Positions 37,004 to 47,408 are shown, numbered from the stretch's first letter. The stretch: DNA of 64,000 nucleotides from Sedimentisphaerales bacterium (GCA_963663805.2 CAXXMR010000012.1:541462-605461), one strand, 5' to 3'. The notes: generated by a model from the letters alone, not told the origin. Made by a program: numbers and translations.

Positions 37004-37090
37004 CGGATTATTTTAATCGCTGATTACGCGGATTGGCGCGGATTTTTAACGGCTAAAATCGACGAATAATTTTTTGATGTAGAGGTGTTA

Positions 37091-38052
37091 ATGGTTAGTC
37101 GGGAGTTGGTTAAGAATACGATATTGTTTAAGAATAAGGGACGGTTGCCTTATGATTTGCCGCCGGAATACGGCAGTGATTTTTTCCGGTTTACTCTGGA
37201 GCCTTCGCCGGACGCTCGGCCTAACTCCGGAGTTGATGAATGGGGGGCGGTGTGGGAGAATATAGGTGTTTGCAAGCTGGGGGAGGTTAAAGAATTTCCT
37301 CTGCAAAGCTGGGCTGATTTTGAGAAACTGAATATTCCCGACATCAAAGAGTCGCGGCGCTGGGGGACACTTAAAAAAGCGCGGCAGGAGGCTGGTGATA
37401 AATTTTTGCTGGGTTCGGGAATATCCATCTATGAGCGGGCCCATTTTATTCGCGGTCTGGAGAATATCTGGATGGATATTTATGATGCACCGGACGAGCT
37501 GGGGCGACTGCTGGATATTCTGGTGGAGATGAATCTTTATATTATCGAAAGATATGCCGGGGCTGGTGTTGACGGTTTGATATTTTGCGATGACTGGGGT
37601 TTGCAAAATCGTTTGATGATTTCGCCTGATAAATGGCGGGAGATTTGGAAACCGCGTTATAAGCGAATATATGAGGCGGCACATGAGGCGGGGTTACAGA
37701 CGTTTCTGCACAGTTGCGGGTACATTGTTGATATACTTGACGACCTGATAGAAATTGGTCTTGATGTTATTCATATGGACCAACAAGAGAACATGGGGTT
37801 GGAGCTGCTGGGTGAGCGGTTTGGCGGGCGGCTGACATTCTGGTCGCCGGTTGATATTCAGAACACTATGGCGCGGGGAGATATTGAGGAAATCGAATCA
37901 TATTGTCATAAAATGTATGAGTATTTGGCCAGGCCTGGGGGCGGGTTTATCCCCGCTGGTACACCGATCCGACTGGGGCGGGGCACAGCAGGTGGGCCCT
38001 GGAGACGATGTGTGAGGCGTTTTTGGAGATAGCGGAGGGAAACGCAAAATAA
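37091..38052 (+). CDS. URO-D/MtaA family protein, apparent frameshift near the C-terminus
   Basis: VDEWG, RGLEN, FCDDWGLQ, FLHSCG, FWSPVDIQ; one extra C in the run at 37951-37954 restores GGFIPRWYTDP...MCEAFLEIAEGNAK*. Confidence 0.82.
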
Positions 38053-38149
38053 TCCGCAAAGGTAAGCTTGCCCTGATGCGGGATTGTTCTATAATTGCAC
38101 AGGTTGAGATAATAGCTGGTGATATTTAACTGGGAACTTATGTGCGATT

Positions 38150-39313
38150 ATGATTTATAAGAAATACGGTAATACGGGGCTGGATGTTTCAGCGGTGGGT
38201 TTCGGCGGGATGCGGTTTGATCTGGAAAAGTCGCAGGAAGAAAACGCCGAGCTTATCAAGTACGCTTTTGATAAGGGGATTAATTATTTCGATACCGCGC
38301 CGGGCTATTGTGAGGACCAGAGCGAGGATATTTTTGGGCTGGCATTTGATACGTTGCTGCGTGGTCGGCGTGATGAGTTTTATGTTTCCACCAAGGGTAT
38401 GCCCACCAGTTTTGATACAGCGGACAAGGCTCGTCTAGCAGTCGAAAAATCTCTCAAGCGTCTCAAAGTTGACAAGATTGATTTTTATCACGTCTGGTGT
38501 ATTCGGAAGTTTGAACATTATGAATTGGCGATGATGAAGGGCGGGCAATATGAAGGGCTGCTCAAATGTCAGGAAGAGGGGCTGATTGAAAATATCGTTG
38601 TTTCATCTCATTTACGCGGTTCCACAATTTGTGACATCATGAATAAGGGACAGTTTGCCGGGGTGCTGCTCGGTGCCAATATTCTCAACTTCCCCTATCG
38701 CTGGGACGCGGTACAATATGCCTATGACCACGGTTACGGCGTGGTTGCGATGAATCCTTTGGCGGGGGGGATGATTCCGGCGAATGAAGACAAGCTGGTT
38801 TTTTTGAGCCGGGATGGTTTGTCGCCGACCGAGGCGGCGTTGGCTTTTTGTATCGGATGTCCCCAGATTACGGTTACTCTAAATGGTTTTACCACCCGTG
38901 AACATATTGATACCGCTTGTCGGGTCGCTGATATTTGTTCGCCGTTTAGTGATGGTGAGATTGAGACGCTGCGTGGTCAGGTTTCGGAGAAGATGAACGC
39001 GATATGTACGGGCTGCGGATACTGCCTGGCTGAGTGTCCCAAGAAAATTCCAATTGCGGCTTATATGCAGTTTTATAACCAAAAGCAGATGTTCGGCAAG
39101 AGCGACGAGGAACTTATCAAGGCTATTGGTTTTGCGCGTGAATGGGGCTATCTGGCTGAGCGATTCTCTGATGCTAAAGATTGTTTTGAATGCGGTGCCT
39201 GTGAAGACGCGTGTACCCAACATCTGAATATTATCGAACGTCTGCGCGAAATCGCGGTTTGGGAAGAAAAATCGGCTAAACTGGCAGAAAGCCAACAGGT
39301 TGATGATGAATGA
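38150..39313 (+). CDS. Aldo/keto reductase with C-terminal 4Fe-4S domain
   Basis: VSAVGFGGMR, GINYFDTA, STK, CTGCGYC...CP and CFECGACE..C. Confidence 0.93.
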   Translation: MIYKKYGNTGLDVSAVGFGGMRFDLEKSQEENAELIKYAFDKGINYFDTAPGYCEDQSEDIFGLAFDTLLRGRRDEFYVSTKGMPTSFDTADKARLAVEKSLKRLKVDKIDFYHVWCIRKFEHYELAMMKGGQYEGLLKCQEEGLIENIVVSSHLRGSTICDIMNKGQFAGVLLGANILNFPYRWDAVQYAYDHGYGVVAMNPLAGGMIPANEDKLVFLSRDGLSPTEAALAFCIGCPQITVTLNGFTTREHIDTACRVADICSPFSDGEIETLRGQVSEKMNAICTGCGYCLAECPKKIPIAAYMQFYNQKQMFGKSDEELIKAIGFAREWGYLAERFSDAKDCFECGACEDACTQHLNIIERLREIAVWEEKSAKLAESQQVDDE

Positions 39314-39372
39314 GCGTTTTCTGTTTATTTTCGGCAAGCGATTTTAGAGATTCTGAGATACTTCGGCGCATA

Positions 39373-39402
39373 CAAAAGCACCCGGTTTGGGCCGAGTGCT
39401 TA
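39373..39402 (-). terminator. Intrinsic terminator between convergent genes
   Basis: Minus strand AAGCACTCGG-cccaaa-CCGGGTGCTT followed by TT. Confidence 0.6.
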
Positions 39403-39486
39403 TATATTTATTTATAAATCTCACGCTAAGGCTAGATATAACAATCAGTTACATCTGTGCCGAATCCAATTCAACCACGCAGGATG

Positions 39487-39564
39487 TTACTTGCGATTGC
39501 GAACTTTCCAGCGGGCCCGGCGTTTTTTGCTGCCAACTTTGCGACGACGTCTGGGTTTAGCCAT
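39487..39564 (-). CDS. 25-aa highly basic protein MAKPRRRRKVGSKKRRARWKVRNRK
   Basis: ATG with GGAG RBS, upstream promoter, downstream terminator; 15 of 25 residues are K/R. Confidence 0.7.
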   Translation of the reverse strand: MAKPRRRRKVGSKKRRARWKVRNRK

Positions 39565-39614
39565 TTTTACTCTCCAACATTACAAATACTGTCAAAACAA
39601 CTTGCAAGTCACTG

Positions 39615-39643
39615 AATATAAACGATTATTTGCTATCGGGCAA
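39615..39643 (-). promoter_or_regulatory. Sigma-70-type promoter for the 25-aa gene
   Basis: TTGCCC-17bp-TATATT. Confidence 0.6.
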
Positions 39644-39720
39644 GGGCCTTTTGTAAAAAACCTTTGCTGTTCCTGTGGCAATTCTTGACCCTTTGTGCTT
39701 TGACGGTTAAACTTGGCTAA

Positions 39721-40329
39721 ATGAAGATGATGTTTGGAATAGCGATTTTGTTAATAAGCCTTTTTCTGGCAATAGGTTGCGCTTATCATCCGACAGCCGT
39801 TACCCAATTGGAGAATCCTCAAATGACCGCCCCCAATACCAAAGTTACCCTCAAAACCTCAATGGGAGATATTGTAATTGAGCTTAACAATGCTGAAGCT
39901 CCCATAACCACCGAAAATTTCTTAACTTACGTCAATGAAAAGTTTTTTGACGGCACCATTTTTCACCGTGTCATCCCTAAATTCATGATTCAGGGCGGTG
40001 GATTTACCCCCGATATGACTCAGAAAAAGGCCCATGCTCCTATTAAAAACGAAGCCAGCAACGGTCTGAAAAACTCCCGCGGCTCACTTGCCATGGCTCG
40101 TACTCAGGATCCCGACAGTGCTACCTGCCAGTTTTTCATCAATGTCAAGGACAACGCCTTCCTTGATTACTCCGGGCCGGGCAATCCTGGCTACGCTGTT
40201 TTTGGTCAGGTCGTTCAGGGGCTGGAAGTCGTCGATGCTATCGTAGCAGTTCCCACCGGCATGAACAAAGGCCACGCCGACGTACCCAAAGAGCCGGTAA
40301 TTATTGAGTCTGCCGAGGTTACTGAATAA
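39721..40329 (+). CDS. Cyclophilin-type peptidyl-prolyl isomerase (possible lipoprotein)
   Basis: FHRVIPKFMIQGGG, AMART..PDSATCQFFIN, GYAVFGQV; LAIGC lipobox-like; alternative start at 39823. Confidence 0.94.
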   Translation: MKMMFGIAILLISLFLAIGCAYHPTAVTQLENPQMTAPNTKVTLKTSMGDIVIELNNAEAPITTENFLTYVNEKFFDGTIFHRVIPKFMIQGGGFTPDMTQKKAHAPIKNEASNGLKNSRGSLAMARTQDPDSATCQFFINVKDNAFLDYSGPGNPGYAVFGQVVQGLEVVDAIVAVPTGMNKGHADVPKEPVIIESAEVTE

Positions 40330-40336
40330 CGGACGG

Positions 40337-41674
40337 CTATTCCTCGTCTGAATCAGTTTTTTCTTCGCTGGCCAGGCCTTCAAGTGAAGGCTGAGCCCGC
40401 AGCAGACCCTTGCACTGTTTGTAGGCCTGGTTGAGCTGAGCGTCGAGACCCAACATTTTTTTCAGCTTCTCAGCTTTGGTCAAGGTCTCCTCGGATTTAT
40501 CCTGGTTGGCCCCGGAGTTCAGCTCCGAGGTATAATTACGCAAATCATCCAGCAGTTCATAGTCCAGCTCCTGTTCGACATCAGGGTCAACTCCCCATTC
40601 TTTGGCATCGGGCAGACGATGCACGCACCGGCCCTTGGGCAGATAATAATGGTCGGTTGTCAGCTTCAGTGCTGCGCCCGATTCCGGCAGTCGTATCACC
40701 TGCTGTACCGAACCTTTGCCCCAGGAACGTTTACCAACAATTACCGCCCGGTTGTGGTCCTGCAGGGCACCGGCTACAATTTCCGCAGCGCTGGCCGAGC
40801 TGCCGTCAATCATCACCACCATATGACGATGTGGGTAAGTACCCCGGCTTTGGGCCCGTTTGATATTCTCTTGCGAATGGGCCCCTTTTGTGGAAATAAT
40901 CACTCCGTGACTTATCAAGCGGTCGATAATCGCCACGGCCGCCGACATCAAACCGCCCGGATTGCCGCGTAAATCCATTATTATCGCCTGGCCCTGCTGT
41001 TCCAGAATTCGTTCATAAGCCGCGTCGAACTCAGCGCTCGTATCAGAGGTAAATTGCGTAATCCGCATATAAGCGATACCCGAATCATCATCCAGCAGGT
41101 AGTCTTTTTCGTCGCCGTCTTTATACCACGGGCGAACCGTCGGCACCTGAATCCGTTCCCGCATGATAGTCAGTTCTTTGGTATCGCCGTCCTTGCGCAG
41201 TACCTTAATCCGCACCTCGGTCCCTGCCGGCCCGGTCAGGTTTTTGATTGCCCGCGTAAGGAACCAGCCTTTGGTGCTCTGGCCGTTGACTTCGAGAATC
41301 CGGTCGCCCGCCTCGACGCCGGCCTTTTGGGCCGGAGAATCCTGGAAAGGGCTTATCACAATCAGGTATCCGTCTTTCATGTCGATACCAATGCCGATAC
41401 CTTCGTAGGTCGAGCTGGTCATCTTCTCAAATTCGTCCAGGTCCTGAGCGGGGAAATATTCACTGTAGATATCCAGCTCGTGCAACATACCATTGATGGC
41501 CGCCGCTACCAGGTCGTCGTTTTCGGTATCTCGGACATAATGCTTGCTCACCAAATCGCAAACATCCATCAGCGGGTCAAACAGGGCTGGATTGACCGAT
41601 TCGCCACCAGCGTTGCCGCAAAAAACCATTACCAGAATAACGCTCAGAATTGTTTTTTTGATAATCATCAGCAA
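40337..41674 (-). CDS. S41 family C-terminal processing peptidase (PDZ)
   Basis: GIGI, DLRGNPGG, SASAAEIVAGALQD, SWGKGSVQ. Confidence 0.94.
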   Translation of the reverse strand: MLMIIKKTILSVILVMVFCGNAGGESVNPALFDPLMDVCDLVSKHYVRDTENDDLVAAAINGMLHELDIYSEYFPAQDLDEFEKMTSSTYEGIGIGIDMKDGYLIVISPFQDSPAQKAGVEAGDRILEVNGQSTKGWFLTRAIKNLTGPAGTEVRIKVLRKDGDTKELTIMRERIQVPTVRPWYKDGDEKDYLLDDDSGIAYMRITQFTSDTSAEFDAAYERILEQQGQAIIMDLRGNPGGLMSAAVAIIDRLISHGVIISTKGAHSQENIKRAQSRGTYPHRHMVVMIDGSSASAAEIVAGALQDHNRAVIVGKRSWGKGSVQQVIRLPESGAALKLTTDHYYLPKGRCVHRLPDAKEWGVDPDVEQELDYELLDDLRNYTSELNSGANQDKSEETLTKAEKLKKMLGLDAQLNQAYKQCKGLLRAQPSLEGLASEEKTDSDEE

Positions 41675-41743
41675 TACCTCAAGTTCGAAGCCTCTACCAT
41701 GCCGGAAACTACATCTCGACCATTCTAATCGAACCCCGGCCCA

Positions 41744-41778
41744 AAAAAAAGTGCCCCGCCGAAAAGCAGAGCACTTTT
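41744..41778 (-). terminator. Intrinsic terminator after metK
   Basis: AAGTGCTCTGC-ttttcg-GCGGGGCACTT followed by a T run. Confidence 0.75.
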
Positions 41779-41807
41779 ATTATACTATCCTGAATCGACC
41801 GTTATCC

Positions 41808-43022
41808 CTATTTCAGGCCCGCCCGCTTACGCAGTTCAGCGGCTTTGTCGGTATTTTCCCAGGTCAGATTTTTGCCGTTACGGCCGAAATGGCCATATTT
41901 CGCGGTGTCCAGATAAATTGGGCGCAGCAGGTCAAGATACTTGATAATTTCCGCCGGCTTGAGCGGGAAAATTTCCTGAACAATATCGGTAATCAAATCT
42001 TCGTCAACATAGCCTGTTCCCTGAGTATCAACTTTAACCGATACCGGCTTAGCCACGCCAATCGCGTAAGCCAGCTGAACCTCACAAACGTCAGCCAGTT
42101 TCGCCGCGACGATATTCTTGGCTACATGACGGGCCATATATGACGCCGAACGGTCGACCTTGGAAGGATCCTTGCCGCTAAAGGCCCCGCCGCCGTGACA
42201 GCCCGAACCGCCGTAAGTATCAACGATAATCTTGCGACCAGTCAGACCGCAATCACCATGAGGGCCGCCCAAAACAAATCGCCCCGTGGGATTGATATAA
42301 ACTTTCAACTTATTGTCAATCAGTGCTTTAGGAAGAACCGGCATGATAATATTATCCAGAACTTCCTTGCAAAGTTGTTTGTATTTGATGTCCGGGTCGT
42401 GCTGAGTTGACACCACCACCGTATCAATCCGAGCAGCCTTTTTACCATGATATTCAACCGTAACCTGGCTCTTGCCGTCGGGACGGAGCCAGGGCATTTT
42501 GCCGCTGAATCGCATCTTTGCCAGACGTTCGACCAACTGCTGGGAAAGATGTTTGGCCATCGGCATCAGCACCGAAGTTTCCCGACAGGCATAGCCAAAC
42601 ATCAGCCCCTGGTCACCGGCGCCCTGTTCTTTGAAATGTCCCTCACCCGCGGTAACGCCCTGGCTAATGTCCGGCGACTGTTTATCCAGCATCACCATGA
42701 CCGCACAGGTCTCTCCGTCCATACCTCTTTTGGCATCGGTATACCCAATATCGCAGATGGTCTTGCGAACCAGCGACGGAATATCAACCGTCGCCTTACT
42801 GGTAATTTCACCTGCCACAACCGCCACACCGGTAGTAACCATCGTTTCGCAGGCTACCCGGCTGAATTTATCCTGGCCCAGCATCGCGTCCAGCACCGAG
42901 TCGGATACCTGGTCAGCGACTTTGTCAGGATGACCCATTGTTACCGACTCACTCGTAAACAAGTGTTTACGCTGGCCGTTACCATTTTTCGCCGGGACTT
43001 TTTTACCGCATTTCTTCGCCAC
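41808..43022 (-). CDS. metK: S-adenosylmethionine synthetase
   Basis: [30 protein letters not shown] start 43022 with AAGGAG RBS. Confidence 0.98.
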   Translation of the reverse strand: MAKKCGKKVPAKNGNGQRKHLFTSESVTMGHPDKVADQVSDSVLDAMLGQDKFSRVACETMVTTGVAVVAGEITSKATVDIPSLVRKTICDIGYTDAKRGMDGETCAVMVMLDKQSPDISQGVTAGEGHFKEQGAGDQGLMFGYACRETSVLMPMAKHLSQQLVERLAKMRFSGKMPWLRPDGKSQVTVEYHGKKAARIDTVVVSTQHDPDIKYKQLCKEVLDNIIMPVLPKALIDNKLKVYINPTGRFVLGGPHGDCGLTGRKIIVDTYGGSGCHGGGAFSGKDPSKVDRSASYMARHVAKNIVAAKLADVCEVQLAYAIGVAKPVSVKVDTQGTGYVDEDLITDIVQEIFPLKPAEIIKYLDLLRPIYLDTAKYGHFGRNGKNLTWENTDKAAELRKRAGLK

Positions 43023-43155
43023 TATATGCTCCTTTATGCTTTTTATGTGGTTCAATTTGACTATATGATAGTGTTATCGGTCCTTGATGGCAAATGTTTT
43101 GAATTTTCTCTCGATACAATTTGTGTTTTCCACCCCAAAATTTTCCCCTGCCCCC

Positions 43156-43599
43156 TCAATGACGGGCCTTGACCGCCTCCAGAAAACTATCCAGATAACC
43201 TTTGTTAATAAATAGTTCCAGGGCATTAACCGTCAAAGCGTGGTCAATTCCCCAGATACAGGCCCGCAAATCCTCCAGCTCCGGATCCAGTTGAATCAAA
43301 AGTCGGTTATCAACCATCAGGGCATTGGGTATCCGCTTAAAAAAATGAGCCGATACCGCGTTTATGCCCGGTCCGCCAATTGAAATTGCCGGGGCCTCCT
43401 GCAAAGCCACCGAGTTTAGATACCATAAATCGCTGATAACAATTACCGGAAAATCATTGTCTGACTGATCCAGCCGCTGGCCGATGGTGTTTTTCAGGCG
43501 GTAAGCCAGCGGACGGTCCGCTTCCTCGGCACGAATCACCGAGCCGGTCACTATTACCATACCGCTGCGGGCCAGGTCACTATCAGTTATCAAGCTCAT
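43156..43599 (-). CDS. Conserved hypothetical protein
   Basis: In-operon ORF (RAEEADRPLAY, SIGGPGINA). Confidence 0.72.
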   Translation of the reverse strand: MSLITDSDLARSGMVIVTGSVIRAEEADRPLAYRLKNTIGQRLDQSDNDFPVIVISDLWYLNSVALQEAPAISIGGPGINAVSAHFFKRIPNALMVDNRLLIQLDPELEDLRACIWGIDHALTVNALELFINKGYLDSFLEAVKARH

Positions 43600-43701
43600 A
43601 CTCCAGCTTAAAATTTCACCCGGTCCACCCAACCGTGCCTCAATAACACAATATTATAGGCACAGCCTGCCCCTAAAAGCAAAGAGGCTCGGCCACTTTT
43701 T

Positions 43702-44157
43702 TTAGCGGCGACTGGTTGGAGCGGGCCGAACCTTGACCTTGGCGCTCTTTTTGGCTTTGGGGTTCTTGTCGCCCAGCACTTTCAGGGCTTTTTTAATGTC
43801 AGCCAGTTTGAGTATACCCGTCGTACGTCCGCCCCGGGCACCCGCTGTGCAGTATGCGTAGCTGATATTGATATGATTGCTCGACAGTTTTTCCGCTACA
43901 TCCGCCAACGCCCCCGATTGGTTGGGCAGATTAACGCACAAAACATCAGTTTCGTTCACCGAAAGGTTCAGGCCCGACAAAATTTTCCGGGTACGGTCGC
44001 ATTGAGTCGTCACCACCCGCAAGACACCATGTTCCACTGAATCCATCATTGTCATCGCCAGAATATTCACCTTCTCTTTGGCCAGCTCGTTAAGGGTCTG
44101 GGCCAGGATACCCGGCTTGTTAATTAGAAAAACCGAAAATTGAGTCGCTATGTGCAT
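43702..44157 (-). CDS. ACT domain-containing protein
   Basis: QFSVFLINKPGILA...NI.A and PNQSGALA...NISYAY tandem ACT. Confidence 0.87.
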   Translation of the reverse strand: MHIATQFSVFLINKPGILAQTLNELAKEKVNILAMTMMDSVEHGVLRVVTTQCDRTRKILSGLNLSVNETDVLCVNLPNQSGALADVAEKLSSNHINISYAYCTAGARGGRTTGILKLADIKKALKVLGDKNPKAKKSAKVKVRPAPTSRR

Positions 44158-44162
44158 CTTTC

Positions 44163-44525
44163 TCACCTCTGCCGCATGGCTGCTATGGCCTGGTCATTAT
44201 CCTGATAAAACTCGAACAGATTTTGTAAATTTGTTACCTTAAACACCCGATACAGACGCGGGTCAACTCCGCTGATGGCAATTTCGCCCGTTGCCTCCTC
44301 GACCATCTTACGCAGATTCAGCAGCACGCTCAACGCCTGACTGCTCAGCATCTTAATGGAGCCCAGGTCGATTATCAGCCGACTCAGCCCCTGTTCGCTC
44401 ACCAGCTTATATAACTCATCACCAACCGCCTGAACGTGATAAGCATCGAGCATGGTCGGCTCCCTAAAGCTCACCACCGATATACTCTCAAACTCGGTTA
44501 CGACCAGATGTTTCTGTTCAGCCAT
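44163..44525 (-). CDS. STAS domain anti-sigma-factor antagonist
   Basis: LIIDLGSIKMLSSQALSVL, VFKVTNL. Confidence 0.88.
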   Translation of the reverse strand: MAEQKHLVVTEFESISVVSFREPTMLDAYHVQAVGDELYKLVSEQGLSRLIIDLGSIKMLSSQALSVLLNLRKMVEEATGEIAISGVDPRLYRVFKVTNLQNLFEFYQDNDQAIAAMRQR

Positions 44526-44538
44526 AATGATTATCTCT

Positions 44539-47262
44539 CTATCGGGTTTTTCGTTTGTTGGTTTTCTTTGGCGATTTACCGTTCTCCAGCATTATACCCA
44601 GGGCCTTGTCAACTTCTCGCACAAAATGGAATTTCAAACCCTGGCGAACATCTCGCGCCAGTTCTTCCAGATCTTTCTTGTTCCGCTCCGGCAGGATAAC
44701 CGTTTTTATGCCTGCCTGTTTCGCCGCCAGCACCTTTTCCTTAACCCCGCCGATGGGCATCACCAGACCACGCAGCGTAATCTCGCCGGTCATCGCTATG
44801 TCAGCCCGAATAGGCTTTTCCAGCATCAAAGACGACAGCGCCGAATATATCGCCAGACCCGCCGACGGACCATCTTTCGGTACCGCACCGGCCGGTACGT
44901 GAATATGCAAATCCTGCTTCTCCAGCTCACTGATGCGTTTGATTGCCGCGTCGAGCTCGGCCTTATCCATGCTCGCTTCAAATTTCTTACCGCTCAGCAC
45001 GTGATTCTTTAATACACTCAAAGCCGCCTGAGCACTTTCTTTCATTACGTCGCCCAGTTGCCCGGTCAAAAGCACTTTACCGCTGCCCGGCGTAATCGTC
45101 GTCTCGATAAACAGTATCTCACCACCCACCGGAGTATAAGCCAGACCTGTCGCTACCCCCGGCGTACTCGTTCGCAAGGCCAGTTCGGATTCATAAAGAA
45201 TCGGACCAATCAGCTTGTGTAGCTTGCCGTCCGAAATCGTCGCGCTTTTGCATTTATTACTGGCAATATCAACCGCTACCGCTCGACATATCCCCGCGAT
45301 TTTGCGTTCCAGCTCCCGCACCCCAGATTCCCGCGTATAAGAACTGATAACTTCCTCTAACGCGTCCTGCTTGATATTCAATTGTGATTTTTTTAAGCCG
45401 TTTTCCGCCAACTGACGCGGCACCAGATAACGCTGGGCGATCGCCAGCTTTTCATTGGAAGTATAACCCGGCAGTTCGATAACTTCCATCCGGTCTCGCA
45501 AGGCCGGCGGCACCTGTCCCATATAATTTGCCGTTGCGATAAACATCACATTCGACAAATCAAAGGGCTGGTCGATATAATGGTCCGTAAAAGTGTTGTT
45601 CTGTTCCGGGTCCAGTACCTCCAGCAGTGCCGACGCCGGGTCGCCCCGAAAATCATTACCTACCTTGTCCAGCTCGTCCAGCATGAATACCGGATTGTTC
45701 GACTTGCACTTGCGCAGCTCCTGCATAATCCGGCCCGGCAAGGCCCCGATATAGGTGCGTCGATGTCCCCTAATATCGGCCTCGTCGCGAATACCGCCCA
45801 GCGAAATCCGCGTAAACTTTCGCCCCATCGCCGCGGCGATACTTTTACCCAGCGAGGTTTTGCCCACACCCGGAGGGCCCGCGAAACATAAAATCGGACT
45901 GCGACCCCTAGGGTTCAGTTTTCGCACCGCCAAAAATTCCAGAATCCGCTTTTTGACCTTAGCTAAATCATAATGGTCACGATTCAAAATCCGCTTGGCG
46001 GTCGGCAGATTCAGCTTTTCAGCTGTTTGTTTCGACCACGGCAATTCACAAAGCCATTCAATATAAGTCCGCAAAACACTGAATTCCGGGCTCATCGTCG
46101 GTATCCGAGCCAAACGCTCCAGTTCTTTTTCTGCTTCAGCCTGCACCGCTTCGGGCATTTCCGCTTCCGCTATCTGCTCACGCAGCTCGCCTATCTCTAC
46201 CGACCTCTGGTCCGCCTGGCCCAGCTCAGTCTGAATCGCCTTCAATTGCTCCTGAAGGTAATATTCCCGCTGATTCTTGTCGATGCTCTTGCTGACCTTG
46301 CTTTGTATCTTGGCGCTTAGCTCCAGAAGCTCCAGTTGAGCCGCCAACGCCACCGACAGCTTCTGCAAACGCTCCGTAACATCGATGGTTTCCAGCAAAT
46401 CCTGCTTTTTTTCCACCGGCATATTCAGATTCGCCGCCAGAAAATCAGCAAGTGTCCCCGGTTCTTCGATGTTGTGCAAAACCACCTGAACTTCATCGGG
46501 AACATTTGGCGAAAGCTCTATCATCTGTTCAGCCATCTGACGAATACTCGTTACCAGAGCGTCCAGAGTCTTGCTTGGCTCGGCCTGACTGGTCAAAACT
46601 TCGATACGAGCCCGCAGATAAGGCTCATTGCCCAGCCATTCCACCACTCGAAAACGAACCAGACCATGAACCACCAGACTGTTATGACCATCCGGAAGTT
46701 TTAGTTGACGCAATATCGAAACCACCGTGCCCGTCGGATACAAATCTTCATAACCCGGTTTGTCAACATTGGCTTGTTTCTGCGTCAGAACCCCGATAAG
46801 TTTTTCGCTTTGAGGCGGAAGTTTCTTGCCCGAACCCGGATAAATCTTATTATTAGCCAACGCCTCCAGAAGCTGCTGACTGCGCGGCCGACCTACTGCC
46901 AGAGGAGATACCGTGCCCGGAAAAACCACCACATTACGCAATGCCAGGATACCCAGTTCATTCGGAATCACCATCTGTTCCGATGAACCATCCTGGCTGT
47001 CTATGCGGTTTTCAGATTCCTTTTCTACGCCGGGCTTCGCGGTTTTTTTCTTCGTCGTTACCGTCTCCTGCATCGGAAGTGTCGGTACATTAATCAAATC
47101 AGAATTTACATCAACCGCATCCAGGTCCATATTATCAGTATCAACCTGGGAAAACATATCATCAAAAATGTTTAGAGATTTCTGGGCCTGCTTCTGGGCC
47201 TCAGCCTGCTCCTTTTTCTTTTTGCCTGTGCTTTTGCTCTGGGTTTTCTTCTTTAATGCCAT
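44539..47262 (-). CDS. lon: ATP-dependent protease La
   Basis: GPPGVGKTS, IRGHRRTYIGA, PKDGPSAG, IGGVKEK; likely start MALKKK at 47262. Confidence 0.97.
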   Translation of the reverse strand: MALKKKTQSKSTGKKKKEQAEAQKQAQKSLNIFDDMFSQVDTDNMDLDAVDVNSDLINVPTLPMQETVTTKKKTAKPGVEKESENRIDSQDGSSEQMVIPNELGILALRNVVVFPGTVSPLAVGRPRSQQLLEALANNKIYPGSGKKLPPQSEKLIGVLTQKQANVDKPGYEDLYPTGTVVSILRQLKLPDGHNSLVVHGLVRFRVVEWLGNEPYLRARIEVLTSQAEPSKTLDALVTSIRQMAEQMIELSPNVPDEVQVVLHNIEEPGTLADFLAANLNMPVEKKQDLLETIDVTERLQKLSVALAAQLELLELSAKIQSKVSKSIDKNQREYYLQEQLKAIQTELGQADQRSVEIGELREQIAEAEMPEAVQAEAEKELERLARIPTMSPEFSVLRTYIEWLCELPWSKQTAEKLNLPTAKRILNRDHYDLAKVKKRILEFLAVRKLNPRGRSPILCFAGPPGVGKTSLGKSIAAAMGRKFTRISLGGIRDEADIRGHRRTYIGALPGRIMQELRKCKSNNPVFMLDELDKVGNDFRGDPASALLEVLDPEQNNTFTDHYIDQPFDLSNVMFIATANYMGQVPPALRDRMEVIELPGYTSNEKLAIAQRYLVPRQLAENGLKKSQLNIKQDALEEVISSYTRESGVRELERKIAGICRAVAVDIASNKCKSATISDGKLHKLIGPILYESELALRTSTPGVATGLAYTPVGGEILFIETTITPGSGKVLLTGQLGDVMKESAQAALSVLKNHVLSGKKFEASMDKAELDAAIKRISELEKQDLHIHVPAGAVPKDGPSAGLAIYSALSSLMLEKPIRADIAMTGEITLRGLVMPIGGVKEKVLAAKQAGIKTVILPERNKKDLEELARDVRQGLKFHFVREVDKALGIMLENGKSPKKTNKRKTR

Positions 47263-47408
47263 ATTCTCGCTTTCTTGACCACTGTCCGAAAGCTTAACAC
47301 GCCGCGGACAGATATTCACAAATATTTCCCGGACCAGCCTACCAGCCGCCCGGTTAAACTTATCCCCTCAAACCCATACTGTCAAGATGCCCTTGGCCGA
47401 ACCAGGTA

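Noticed and set aside
37004..37060. CGCTGATTACGCGGATTGGCGCGGATTT 9-mer-like repeat
   Set aside because: Only three degenerate units with no associated gene; too little to call a feature
39491..39688. 65-aa plus-strand ORF
   Set aside because: Antisense shadow of the 25-aa basic gene, which has the promoter, RBS and terminator
43023..43155. SAM riboswitch upstream of metK
   Set aside because: Short AT-rich leader without SAM-I core motifs or convincing structure
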